From TPA_inf: Saccharomyces (Eukaryota), in NCBI GenBank assembly GCA_000146045.2, contig BK006940.2:160001-224000 (forward strand): DNA of 64,000 nt. The letters run 5' to 3'. The translations under genes were made by a program, and so were the position numbers. Positions 20,974 to 33,435 of the stretch are shown here, piece by piece. The notes beneath the pieces were generated by a model that was not told the DNA's origin, ran no database searches, and was given only the letters and a program-made list of their open reading frames with translations. Position 1 is the first letter of the stretch. The number at the start of each line of letters is the position of its first letter.

Positions 20974-21044
20974 TGCGCAAGCCCGGAATCGAACCGGGGG
21001 CCCAACGATGGCAACGTTGGATTTTACCACTAAACCACTTGCGC
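20974..21044 (-). tRNA. tG(GCC)F2: tRNA-Gly (GCC), 71 nt, identical to the copy at 2228-2298 but in opposite orientation
   Basis: Reverse complement of 20974-21044 equals GCGCAAGTGGTTTAGTGGTAAAATCCAACGTTGCCATCGTTGGGCCCCCGGTTCGATTCCGGGCTTGCGCA. A T7 terminator lies on the minus strand (plus strand aaaaaaa at 20962-20968). Confidence 0.95.
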
Positions 21045-21369
21045 TTATTTCTTGGAAGTGTTCGTGTTCTAATAAGGTCACAACAGCTCCAACATTAACC
21101 AGAAATACCTGTAAATAGCCCCGCCACGAGGCAACAATTGTCTCTGTATTCTTATCTTTCTCAATAAGCACTTATTAGTTAGTTTACATCCGAGTTCTTG
21201 AGCACTCCCCACCTTTTTAGTAGGTCTGAAGTCTTGTTTACAACAGCGGGCACCTCAAGATTGAAAGGAGTTGAGAGTTAGAATATATAATTTTGAAATT
21301 AAATTTGAAAATGATGCGATTACCACCGGCAAGTATTCAAAACAAAATAAGACGAGGGAGCTTCATAAA

Positions 21370-21478
21370 AATTAGGTCGTATATGTTGAAATGAGAGGAT
21401 TTAGTACATTCTGTATTCATCATATTATAGCCTTTACCAACAATGAAACTCCAGTAATTATCAAATTATTCTCCCAAT
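21370..21478 (+). mobile_element. Degenerate partial delta LTR (3' portion, plus orientation) upstream of tG(GCC)F2
   Basis: atattatagcctttaccaacaatgaaactccagtaattatcaaattattctcccaattctca resembles the delta 3' end (…ATTATTGCCTTATTAAAAATGGAATCCCAACAATTACATCAAAATCC…TCTCA) and the intact delta in this window. The boundaries are approximate. Confidence 0.4.
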
Positions 21479-22273
21479 TCTCACCGAACATGCGGCAACG
21501 TTAGGTACGGATCGCGGAAAACACTTTATTTTGTGCAGAGGTACTGTCATGAATACTATGTCAATAAAAAAAGTATCGCATTATCACCACGCCTATATAA
21601 CATAATCTAAACTATTCGTGAGGGTACAGAAATCCATTGAAATGAATTGATAGTTCTACACGATATCGCTGTCATTTTATTGTACGTTTCAAGTTTTACT
21701 AAATAAAAATGACATCTGAAACAGATTAAGTTTTTTTGTAACTTGTGCCCGTTGAAATAGGAATTAACTGTTATAATTGACAATATTCATGTCAACACTA
21801 TATAGTAATATATAATAAAGAAGGTAACTTAAATGGCGATAGGCGGTCAACAAGTCTAGGGAATCAGAAATGCAAGAATGAATAACGTAATAGGATAGCG
21901 AAGGAACATATCAAAAACAAGGGAAAAAAAAATTGGTTCTATATCTAGATATATCTAGAATTTTTGGACTGGTTTTATCTCAATTTCCACCTATCTTTAT
22001 GTATTATCTTTCGACCGTCTTATCTTTTAATATGGTGGCAGGAATACCAGTCAGACAATGATTGGATCTTGTCTCGGGTTGTTTGTTATCACGTAAGCAC
22101 CACAGTCCGCTCCGTAGGAAAAGAAAAATAGCCGCCGAGCCACGGGAGCAAATGAGTGAAGAATATGCGCAACGTTTTGGTACATATACAAAAAAATGTA
22201 GAAAAGAAGCTAAAGAGATTGACGTTACGTACATATGTATGAGTGGGTAGGTGTGGACGACACTAGGGAGGCT

Positions 22274-22861
22274 TTACTTCTCTCCAAACATGTGAAGCTG
22301 GTTATAGATGTCCTTCTTAAAGTCCTCGTACTTAAAAGACGACTTTCTACGCGTGCCCAACTGTGGAGGAGAGCCGTGTGGGACTCTTGCGCTGTTACCA
22401 TTGCTGTTGTTGTCAAGGTACGAGTTTTTGAAAATGGGTCTGTTGCCAGCACGAGAACAGATCGGTGTATGGGAGATGGAGTCACCCATATCCACGCCAG
22501 CGTGGCTCAGGTCAGAGTCGTTAGTGGTCCTGTATTGCATATTGTGGATAGTATTCTGGAAATCCATGGGTCCGCTACTCCTACGTTCGGCTCCCGGGGC
22601 GTGCTCCCCGATACTGCTTTCGCGTTCCCGGGCTTGTTCCCTGGAATTTAGTGCGTCCATATAATTGGTAGACCGCCGTCTAATCATGGGGACTGGCTTG
22701 TCTACGCTTTGAGCGGGAGCGCTTGGACCCGGGAGGTTGAATGTAGAAACACTAGGTGTTTCCTGTGCACAGGGCGGTTCGTCGATGTTGAGGAAGTCCT
22801 GTGATCTTTCAAATGTGGGTGACGTGCTCACTTGGGGCGTGTTCAAGTGGGGATCTGTCAT
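22274..22861 (-). CDS. IGD1: Igd1, inhibitor of glycogen debranching enzyme, 195 aa
   Basis: True ATG at 22861 (MTDPHLNTPQVSTSPTFERSQDF...); the track ORF extends 34 codons upstream from a TTG. Recognised as YFR017C. The coding sequence is GC-rich. Confidence 0.85.
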   Translation of the reverse strand: MTDPHLNTPQVSTSPTFERSQDFLNIDEPPCAQETPSVSTFNLPGPSAPAQSVDKPVPMIRRRSTNYMDALNSREQARERESSIGEHAPGAERRSSGPMDFQNTIHNMQYRTTNDSDLSHAGVDMGDSISHTPICSRAGNRPIFKNSYLDNNSNGNSARVPHGSPPQLGTRRKSSFKYEDFKKDIYNQLHMFGEK

Positions 22862-23130
22862 GAGGGTGAGTGTATGCGTGTGTGTGTGTGTTGCGTAGAT
22901 GTGTGATTTACTATGTGTTATGTAGCTGCTCTCATCGCTGCTGATAGTAGATCTCTCGCGCAAAAATTACTCAGGCAAACCTTTACTATACCTACATATA
23001 TATATATATATATGTATATGTATGTGTGCAAGCTTTTCAGAGTGGTGCACTGACATTGACCGGGCCACTCATTCCACCCCACATCCCCCAGATCAGGGGG
23101 AGATGTTAACGAAAGGAAACAGGGGATTTA

Positions 23131-24222
23131 TCACTGGTTACGGGAGCGTAGTGACTGTACTACAAATTCGCACACAAGCAGCGCCCAGTGACGAGTCTCC
23201 GCGGCGTCTAAGTGCCGGAAGTCATCATCCACGGTGTGCCATGTACTTGGGAATGGTAGCGGGATTGCATGTAATACGGGTACTCCGGCGGCCAGGAATG
23301 GCGTGTGGTCGTCTCCGATGACCGAATGCCCGAGCCCTAAAAATCGATAGTCCGTGGGGTCCAGATGTTTGCGTTGACGCGCGACTTCGGCGGCTAATGC
23401 CGATTCGCCGTTGATTTCATCTCCACGTCGAAATAACAAGTCATCCTCTATTCGATTGAGCAGCTGATATTCTTGATGTGTCTCTGCATAGTAGCTGGGC
23501 ACTAGCGGCTCCTCTTCGCCACTTCCTAAAAGATCCAGAAGAAATAATAGGCGAATTCTTGTCATCGTGCCGTCAGCAAGCCATTGGGCGGCTAATCGGC
23601 GTGCTCCATAAATCGAGTCCTCGGGGCCCCACTCTTCAATGGCCTCCTCTCCATCAAAGAATACGATCTTTACACCCAAGGTAGAATTCGATACTACAGT
23701 GTTCGACTCTAAGTCATTGTACTCTTTCGTGCGCTCGTGGCACGCGATGTGCGTTAGGAACTGGGCCGTATATAGCAGCGCGGCACACGAGGCGGCACTG
23801 TCGATAGCGCCCACCATCCCCGTGGGCGCTATCTTGGTATCATAATGAGCAGCGAGCACTAAGTACTCGCTCGCATTGTTTTGTAATGTCATAACAAGGT
23901 TATTGAAGCGGTAACCGTTCTCCTCAAAGGCTTGCGTCTCAACGGCCCATTCTCCCGCCAGCGTATTGTTGAAGTGCTCGATGATGAAGCGCTGGATCTC
24001 GCGCGAGCCTTCCGATCCGGGTACGCGCGTTCTGTTAAAAGGCAACAGCAGGTTCTTGGTACTTTTGTTCCAACCGCTGTCTGGGTTGATAGCTTCGTTC
24101 AGATGCGCTGCATGGTACTGCTCATATGACAACTCCCACCCAGTTACCCTATGCACCTGAAATAGCACCAACAGGTACGCTAGACCAATTAGTCGCAAAG
24201 GCAATACGTACTTCATTCCCAT
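23131..24222 (-). CDS. Putative glutaminyl-peptide cyclotransferase (M28-like fold), secretory signal at the N-terminus, 363 aa
   Basis: ORF MGMKYVLPLRLIGLAYLLVLFQVHRVTGW... has a hydrophobic signal peptide. Recognised as YFR018C. The sequence is unusually GC-rich for yeast. Confidence 0.88.
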   Translation of the reverse strand: MGMKYVLPLRLIGLAYLLVLFQVHRVTGWELSYEQYHAAHLNEAINPDSGWNKSTKNLLLPFNRTRVPGSEGSREIQRFIIEHFNNTLAGEWAVETQAFEENGYRFNNLVMTLQNNASEYLVLAAHYDTKIAPTGMVGAIDSAASCAALLYTAQFLTHIACHERTKEYNDLESNTVVSNSTLGVKIVFFDGEEAIEEWGPEDSIYGARRLAAQWLADGTMTRIRLLFLLDLLGSGEEEPLVPSYYAETHQEYQLLNRIEDDLLFRRGDEINGESALAAEVARQRKHLDPTDYRFLGLGHSVIGDDHTPFLAAGVPVLHAIPLPFPSTWHTVDDDFRHLDAAETRHWALLVCEFVVQSLRSRNQ

Positions 24223-24501
24223 GCTTACGACCTTTTCAGTCTTTTTATTTCTTTTCTGTTGACTCTCTCTAACTCTCCCTCTCCCCCTCTTCTTCCCATG
24301 AAATGTATCACAAGCCGTCTTATTCCTTTGCTTCTTATATTCTTATGTTCCTTCCTTCGTCTCGCCTCGAAGGCAACGCAAACGCAATGTACTTCTTGAC
24401 GAACGCGAAAACCATATGGAAAGTAAATAAAGGGCCAAACAAAAAACTATTTCGAATAGCAAGGTAGCTTCCATCCTGTACATGCAAGACCGTCACACAG
24501 C

Positions 24502-26224
24502 ATGTCATCGGAAGAACCCCATGCATCTATATCCTTTCCAGATGGCTCACATGTCCGGTCGTCCTCCACTGGTACTTCATCTGTGAACACAATCGATGCT
24601 ACCTTATCCAGACCGAACTATATTAAGAAACCGTCCCTGCACATTATGTCGACATCTACGACGTCGACTACGACGGATCTAGTGACAAACCCAATTCTGA
24701 GCAATATCTCCGTGCCAAAAATAAGCCCCCCCACATCATCCTCGATAGCAACAGCGACATCAACAAGTCACGTGACCGGCACTGCGTCGCATTCGAACAT
24801 TAAAGCTAATGCTAACACTAGTACCAGCGTGAATAAGAAAAATTTGCCGCCAACAACTAGTGGGAGGATACCCTCTAGCACCATCAAGAGATATCCGAGT
24901 CGCTATAAGCCTTCTCACTCGCTGCAGCTGCCCATTAAGAACGACTCCAACTTTAAACGATCTAGCATATATGCCTCCAAATCCACTGTTACTGCTATCC
25001 CCATTAGGAACAATCGGCCAATTTCCATGCAGAATTCCTATGCGCGCACTCCTGACAGCGATCATGACGACGTTGGCGATGAAGTGTCTTCGATAAAGAG
25101 TGCCTCTTCTTCGTTGACCGCATCCCTGTCCAAGAGTTTCCTGTTCGCATTTTATAACAACCGCAAGAAGGACAAGACCAGTAACAATGGTGTCCTCTCA
25201 AAGGAATATTGGATGAAGGACGAGAGTTCTAAAGAATGTTTCAGTTGTGGTAAAACGTTTAACACTTTCAGAAGGAAACACCACTGCAGGATATGCGGCC
25301 AAATTTTTTGCAGCAGTTGCACTCTCTTGATAGATGGTGATCGATTCGGCTGTCATGCCAAGATGCGAGTATGTTACAATTGTTATGAGCATGCAGACAC
25401 ATACGAGGACTCCAGTGATGAAGAGAATGATTCTACAATGCAATTGAATGAGCCAAGGTCTCGCTCTCGCTCTCGTTCTTCCAATACCAATCCATATTCT
25501 CATTCACATTCGCATTTGCATCTCATTTCACAGGACAACCATAACGGTACCGATCTCCATGATCCAGTAGCAGCAACGGATAACCCTCAACAGCAGAATG
25601 AGGTCTACCTATTAAATGACGATGACGTACAAAGTATAATGACCTCAGGTGAAGATTCTAAATTGTTCATTTCTACACCCCCACCACCACCGAAGATGGC
25701 CATCCCAGCAACAAAGCAAGGCGGATCGCTGGAAATCTCATTCGATTCGGAAAACGATAGGGCTTTGCATTATCAAGATGACAACCCCGGTCGCCATCAT
25801 CACCTCGATTCCGTGCCCACAAGGTACACTATCAGAGATATGGACAATATATCACATTACGATACCAACTCTAATTCCACTTTGAGGCCACATTATAACA
25901 CCAATAACAGCACTATTACCATCAACAACCTCAACAACACTACTTCCAACAACAGCAACTATAACAATACCAATAGCAACAGCAACATCAATAATCCTGC
26001 GCATTCCTTAAGAAGGTCTATTTTCCATTATGTAAGCAGCAATAGTGTTAACAAGGACAGTAACAATAGCTCTGCAACACCCGCTTCGTCTGCACAGTCT
26101 TCTTCCATACTGGATCCTGCCAATCGTATTATCGGGAATTATGCTCATAGAAATTACAAGTTTAAATTCAACTACAATTCCAAAGGTCCTTCGCAACAAA
26201 ATGACACGGCAAATGGAAATAATG

Positions 26225-26272
<48 letters not shown>

Positions 26273-29200
26273 GTGCCAGCGGTATTGCTGACAACAATAA
26301 CATTCCCTCAAACGACAATGGCACGACGTTCACTCTAGATAAGAAGAAAAGAAACCCACTGACAAAATCTAAATCTACGTCCGCTTACCTAGAATATCCT
26401 CTAAACGAGGAAGACTCTTCTGAGGACGAAGGTTCCATGTCCATATATTCTGTATTGAATGATGACCATAAAACTGACAATCCAATTAGATCAATGAGGA
26501 ACTCCACAAAATCTTTTCAACGAGCGCAAGCTTCACTACAGCGGATGAGGTTTAGAAGGAAAAGTAAAAGCAAGCATTTTCCCAACAATTCGAAAAGTTC
26601 CATTTATAGAGACTTAAATTTCTTGACCAATAGTACTCCCAATTTACTTTCTGTAGTAAGCGACGATAATCTATACGACGATTCTTCTCCTTTGCAAGAC
26701 AAGGCCTCTTCATCCGCTGCAAGCAGACTCACTGACAGAAAATTCAGCAATAGCAGTGGCAGCAATAATAATAGCAATAGTAATAGCAATATCAACACCG
26801 ATCCTTGGAAGAGAATCGCTAGTATATCGGGATTCAAACTGAAAAAGGAAAAAAAGAGAGAATTAAATGAAGTCTCTCTTTTACATATGCATGCCCTATT
26901 AAAACAATTATTGAATGATCAAGAAATTTCCAATCTTCAAGAATGGATAACCCTTCTAGATGGCGCTTTGCGTAAAGTTTTAAGGACCATCCTGAACGCG
27001 AGGGATTTGAACACATTAGATTTTAGACAAACTTACGTTAAGATAAAAAGAATTAGTGGTGGATCTCCTCAAAATTCAGAATATATCGACGGGGTTGTCT
27101 TTTCGAAAGCATTGCCGTCGAAAACAATGCCACGGCATTTGAAAAACCCAAGGATACTATTAATCATGTTTCCACTGGAGTACCAAAAGAACAATAACCA
27201 CTTTCTAAGTATAGAGTCCGTCTTTAGGCAAGAGCGCGAATATTTGGATAAACTTGTTTCGAGATTAAAGTCATTACATCCTGATATTATATACGTCGGC
27301 GCCAATGTTAGTGGGTACGCGTTAGAACTATTAAATGACTCAGGCATTGTCGTACAGTTTAATATGAAACCACAAGTCATTGAAAGAATTGCCAAGCTAA
27401 CAGAAGCAGATATTGCCATTTCTGTGGATAAGTTGGCTACGAATATTAAGATGGGTGAATGTGAAACTTTTGAAGTTAAAAGCTACATTTATGGAAACAT
27501 CAGTAAAACATATACATTTCTTCGGGGCTGTAACCCAGAACTTGGTGGAACAATTTTGTTAAGAGGTGATAGTCTTGAAAACTTGAGAAAAATCAAACAA
27601 GTCTCTGAATTTATGGTCTACGCAATTTTTTCATTGAAGTTGGAAAGTTCATTTTTTAACGATAATTTCATACAACTTTCTACAGATGTTTATTTGAAGA
27701 GAGCTGAATCCAAAAAACTGCAAGTTTTCGAAGGTTATTTTGCAGATTTCTTGATCAAATTCAATAACAGGATTTTGACTGTATCACCAACGGTAGATTT
27801 CCCCATTCCCTTTTTATTGGAAAAAGCCAGAGGCTTGGAAAAGAAGCTCATAGAAAGGATCAATCAATATGAAAGCGAATCTGATTTAGATCGGCAAACG
27901 CAACTAAATATGCTTCAAGGCTTAGAATCGACTATCACTAAGAAACACTTAGGAAATTTAATAAAATTCCTGCATGAAATGGAAATTGAAAATTTAGAGC
28001 TTGAGTTTCAGAAGAGAAGTCGTCAATGGGAGGTTTCATATTCATCATCACAGAACTTACTTGGTACGGGCTCACACCAGTCTATAACAGTTCTCTACTC
28101 AATGGTTTCAACAAAGACTGCCACACCTTGCGTTGGCCCTCAAATTGTTACTATTGACTATTTTTGGGACAGTGATATTTCCATTGGTCAGTTTATCGAG
28201 AACGTCGTGGGAACTGCCAGGTATCCCTGCCAACAAGGCTGTAATGGTCTGTATTTGGATCATTATAGAAGCTATGTTCATGGGTCAGGAAAAGTAGACG
28301 TTTTAATCGAAAAATTCCAAACTAGATTACCAAAATTAAAAGATATTATCCTCACGTGGAGTTATTGTAAAAAATGTGGGACATCTACTCCGATTTTACA
28401 AATTAGCGAAAAAACCTGGAATCATTCTTTCGGTAAATATTTAGAAGTCATGTTTTGGAGTTACAAAGATAGCGTGACAGGAATTGGGAAATGTCCTCAT
28501 GATTTCACTAAAGATCATGTCAAATACTTTGGTTACAATGATTTAGTGGTTCGACTAGAATATTCTGATTTAGAAGTTCATGAATTGATAACCCCACCAC
28601 GCAAAATAAAATGGAAACCTCATATCGACATCAAACTGAAGGTGGAACTATACTATAAGATTCTGGAAAAGATCAATAATTTCTATGGGAGTGTCCTAAG
28701 TCGGTTGGAACGTATTAAATTGGATAGTATGACTAAAGATAAAGTTCTTAGTGGACAAGCTAAAATTATCGAATTGAAGAGCAATGCTACAGAGGAGCAA
28801 AAATTAATGTTGCAAGACCTGGATACTTTTTACGCAGATAGTCCTTGCGATCAACATTTACCATTGAACCTGGTTATCAAATCTCTATACGATAAGGCTG
28901 TAAATTGGAACTCTACATTTGCGATATTTGCAAAAAGCTATTTGCCTTCTGAAACTGATATTAGTCGTATCACGGCCAAGCAGCTGAAAAAACTGTTTTA
29001 CGATTCTTCAAGAAAAGACAGCGAAGACAAAAAATCACTTCATGATGAAAAGGCGAAGACGAGGAAACCAGAAAAGAACGAATTACCGTTAGAGGGATTG
29101 AAAGATGTCGAAAAGCCGAAAATTGATAGCAAGAATACGACAGAGAATCGTGACAGAACGAACGAACCACAGAATGCCGTGACGATAACCACTTTTAAAG

Positions 29201-31338
29201 ACGACACTCCAATTATTCCAACAAGTGGTACTAGTCACTTGACAGTTACACCTTCTGCATCGTCGGTTTCTTCTTCTTTGACCCCTCAAACCGAAGAACG
29301 TCCGCCAATAAGCAGAAGTGGAACAGGTATATCTATGACTCATGATAAAAGCACTAGACCTAACATAAGAAAAATGAGTAGTGATAGTAGTTTATGTGGA
29401 CTAGCATCACTTGCTAATGAATATAGTAAAAATAATAAGGTGAGTAAGCTAGCTACATTTTTCGATCAAATGCATTTTGATGCCCTGTCGAAAGAATTTG
29501 AACTGGAACGTGAAAGGGAAAGATTACAACTTAATAAGGATAAATACCAAGCCATACGATTACAAACATCCACACCAATTGTGGAAATTTATAAAAATGT
29601 CAAAGACGCAGTTGATGAACCGCTTCACTCTAGAAGTTCAGGCAATAATTTGTCATCTGCGAATGTTAAGACTTTGGAGGCACCTGTGGGAGAACATTCC
29701 CGGGCCAATAATTGTAATCCTCCTAATTTAGATCAAAACTTGGAAACTGAATTAGAAAATTCCATTAGCCAATGGGGAGAAAACATTTTGAACCCCTCTG
29801 GAAAGACCACCGCAAGTACTCATTTAAATTCTAAGCCAGTAGTAAAGGAAACTTCAGAAAATCCAAAGTCAATAGTTAGAGAATCAGATAATTCAAAGTC
29901 GGAGCCGCTTCCACCTGTAATAACAACAACAACTGTCAATAAGGTAGAATCCACTCCACAACCTGAAAAATCATTATTGATGAAAACCTTGAGCAACTTT
30001 TGGGCAGATCGATCTGCGTATTTGTGGAAACCCCTTGTTTATCCAACCTGTCCTTCGGAACACATTTTTACTGATAGTGACGTTATAATCCGCGAAGATG
30101 AACCAAGTTCCTTGATCGCATTTTGCTTAAGTACTTCTGACTATAGAAATAAAATGATGAACTTGAATGTCCAGCAACAACAGCAGCAGCAAACAGCAGA
30201 AGCTGCTCCTGCCAAAACAGGAGGAAACAGTGGAGGAACTACGCAAACCGGGGATCCTTCTGTTAACATTTCTCCCTCAGTTTCTACAACTTCTCATAAT
30301 AAGGGGAGGGACTCAGAAATTTCATCCTTAGTAACCACCAAAGAGGGCTTGTTGAACACCCCTCCCATTGAAGGCGCCCGAGATAGGACCCCACAAGAAT
30401 CACAAACGCATTCCCAAGCAAATTTAGATACTCTTCAAGAATTAGAGAAAATTATGACAAAAAAAACAGCCACACACTTGAGATATCAATTTGAGGAGGG
30501 TTTAACGGTAATGTCATGTAAAATTTTCTTCACAGAACATTTTGACGTGTTTAGAAAGATTTGTGATTGTCAAGAAAACTTCATTCAAAGTTTGTCAAGA
30601 TGTGTTAAATGGGATTCCAATGGGGGGAAAAGTGGGAGCGGGTTTTTAAAGACTTTGGATGATAGATTTATTATAAAGGAGCTGTCACACGCAGAACTGG
30701 AAGCCTTCATAAAATTTGCACCAAGTTATTTTGAATACATGGCACAAGCAATGTTCCATGATTTGCCCACGACTTTGGCTAAAGTATTTGGGTTTTATCA
30801 AATTCAAGTAAAAAGCTCTATTTCAAGTTCCAAAAGTTATAAAATGGACGTTATCATTATGGAGAACTTATTTTATGAGAAGAAAACAACAAGAATATTT
30901 GATTTGAAGGGTTCCATGAGAAATAGACATGTCGAACAAACAGGTAAAGCTAATGAAGTGTTGTTGGATGAAAATATGGTAGAGTATATTTACGAATCAC
31001 CTATTCATGTTCGCGAATATGACAAGAAACTTTTAAGAGCTTCTGTTTGGAACGACACATTATTTTTGGCCAAAATGAATGTGATGGATTATTCCTTAGT
31101 CATTGGTATTGACAATGAAGGGTATACTTTGACAGTAGGAATCATTGATTTCATTCGAACGTTTACATGGGACAAAAAACTAGAAAGTTGGGTCAAAGAG
31201 AAAGGCCTAGTAGGGGGGGCCAGTGTGATCAAGCAGCCTACCGTTGTTACACCAAGACAATATAAAAAACGTTTTAGGGAAGCAATGGAGAGGTATATTT
31301 TGATGGTTCCTGATCCGTGGTATAGGGAAGGAAATTAA
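24502..31338 (+). CDS. FAB1: Fab1, phosphatidylinositol-3-phosphate 5-kinase (PIKfyve), with FYVE finger, chaperonin-like domain and C-terminal PIPK domain, 2278 aa
   Basis: ORF MSSEEPHASISFPDGSHV... The FYVE signature ...CFSCGKTFNTFRRKHHCRICGQIFCSSC... is present, as is a C-terminal PIPK kinase region (…IMENLFYEK…MDYSLVIGID…). Recognised as YFR019W. It contains N-rich low-complexity segments. Confidence 0.95.
26227..26271 (+). repeat. (AAT)14-AAC trinucleotide microsatellite encoding a poly-Asn run inside FAB1
   Basis: Direct read aat gat (aat)14 aac. It is embedded in a longer N/S/T-rich region (about 25860-26340). Confidence 0.9.
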
Positions 31339-31512
31339 TACATAAACGTGTACAAGTTATATTCTGTAACTTTTTTTTATACACTATCACGCACATTAGT
31401 GTTCTTTAACTTTCAGTACCTTAGTAGTTATCAACTATGAAAAGGTGGTTCAATGAATGTTACGAAAGGTTTATTATAGAAGGATAAGAAGCAAAAATTT
31501 AAAAAAGAAATG

Positions 31513-31613
31513 CGTCACAGACAGGATTCGAACCTGCGCAGGTAAAACCCAATGCCTAATTGCTTTTCTGAGGAAATAGCAGGGCATCGCCTTAACCACT
31601 CGGCCACTGGGAC
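31513..31613 (-). tRNA. tS(GCU)F: tRNA-Ser (anticodon GCU) with 19-nt intron, ~101 nt precursor
   Basis: Reverse complement reads GTCCCAGTGGCCGAGTGGTTAAGGCGATGCCCTGCTA[tttcctcagaaaagcaatt]AGGCATTGGGTTTTACCTGCGCAGGTTCGAATCCTGTCTGTGACG. The intron is about plus 31558-31576. A T-run follows on the minus strand. Ends are +/-1. Confidence 0.85.
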
Positions 31614-31749
31614 AGAATCTCTTGGTTTGTTCAATGAAGTAAACTATTTTGTTGTAAACATAATGGGTATGTTTAACGGCGAGAGAAAACTATGCGAAAT
31701 TTGGTATAATTGTTGTGTTTCCATTGTTGTTAAAGGCATTAACACTAAG

Positions 31750-31990
31750 TTTACAGAACATACTAGAAGTTGTTTTCGGCAACATAGGAATCTACAAAAG
31801 GGGATGGATAATTCTACATAATAATATTATTATTTCCCCTTTCATTGTTGACATAATGTTATAAATTCGTACTCTATGTTGCTGGTGTGCTTATGAACGC
31901 TACAATCAATTTTTTCATGCATACTTGAGGTAATAAGATGTCGATACTTTTATGGTGTTTATGAACATGGCAATACCCGTTACCACTCGT
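31750..31990 (-). mobile_element. Degenerate delta-like LTR remnant upstream of tS(GCU)F
   Basis: catactagaagttgttttcggcaacataggaatctacaaaaggggatggataattctacataataatattattatttcccc aligns with mismatches to the reverse-complement delta (…atactagaagttctcctcgatgatataggaatcctcgaaatggaatctatatttctacatactaatattacgattattcc…). The boundaries are uncertain. Confidence 0.35.
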
Positions 31991-32736
31991 GTTGGGTGTA
32001 GGTACAGCAACACTAGATTCCGAATCACCCCCGTCATTGCCACCATACTACTGTAGCGATATGGCGAGTGTGTATCATTGTTGTTTTGTCGTTGGCCATC
32101 TTCAATATAATCAATATGAAAGCCAATCATGCATTTTGAAAAGATAGTCTCGCGGTCGGTGTTGAGGAACTTTTCATTGCCTACGTCGAAATCAAATTTT
32201 GAAAAGCTGTGGCTAGAGTTAAACCTAAAACAGTCATTACTATTCGAAAAATTTGACGCTTACGTTCAGGTTCTGAATCAATCCCTTTCCTCTACACTTA
32301 AGTTTGGTTGTGGTTTATGTTACTACTACATCGCTCGGTTGCAAACAGACGTGTATAGCTTTTAGGAATACTGTTGTTCAAGATAGAGCATTTGCATACC
32401 TTATCGAGGTTCACTATCGCTGCTACATTGGCATAAAATTGAATTGTTAAGGACGGCCAATACTATACTTGCTGCCACATTGGTTTAATTCGTTCACTAT
32501 GATTATGGTTGCAACAGGGCAGTTTCTATCGTGATCATTCGCCACATACTTAAAAAGATAAAAAAAGTTAAACGACTAGACTAGGAGTTATGCAGTATGA
32601 GCTGCAGCTCCGCAACTACAACTAGATTAAATACTGGGGGGGCAAAAAGATAAAGTGAGTATCTTGAGCAGGAGTTCCCTTGACATATTAATCTGTAAAT
32701 TTGTTTTTTTACTGAATTTACTACTTAATAGTAAAG

Positions 32737-33435
32737 ATGTGGTGCTATTCTCACTTTTTATTAATTTTTGTTTCCTTCGTGACTTCTTTTGCACATAAGC
32801 TCCCAGCTAATAACTCAACGACTAATGGAGGTACCGACGGAATAGCTGTACCAGTTATAGAAACTACTATTGATTCAGGGATGTATTCTGAGAACGGTAC
32901 TGATTTGATGACACCCGAAGATCTTCCTGATTTGCTATCAGATGGTATAGTATTATCTTTTGCTAATACTACAGAAACGGGCTCGGATTCGGACTCCACG
33001 TTAATTGACAGTGAAGATCTTCGGAGATGTATAGATATGCCGGACCGCTCATGCTCTGCTCAACGAGGCAATTTGTGTTCATACAGTTTTTGGGATATTC
33101 CTTTCAGTTTCTTGAATACAGTCCATGATATATTCGGCATGACTAATATGGGTAATTGCGCAGTTATGGCTGGTGATAAGGGTGCTTTTTATTATAAATA
33201 CTATCCTGTTGAACCTAACTGCAATTCAACTATACACCAAAAGACGATTGACGATGCTTTACAACAAGCAACTGAACAACTGAATGGTGACTTTAACAAC
33301 ATGTATTTTTTCCATGTCAACCGTGGTGGATTGTGGCAGGGTGATATGATGGTTGGAACTCGCGTCTTTACCTGGTTTGCTGGCGCCAAGTGGGCTGAAC
33401 ATAAAGGTTCCATAGAGGCAGGTTTCACCTCGTAG
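32737..33435 (+). CDS. CSS2: Css2 (YFR020W), secreted/cell-surface protein of unknown function, 232 aa
   Basis: [38 protein letters not shown]... has an N-terminal hydrophobic signal. Recognised as YFR020W. Confidence 0.8.

Noticed and set aside
32629-32646. G8 homopolymer (tactgggggggggcaaaaag) upstream of CSS2
   Set aside because: It is a short homopolymer in a promoter with no further structure or pairing partner. It is noted only as a possible sequencing or slippage-prone site.
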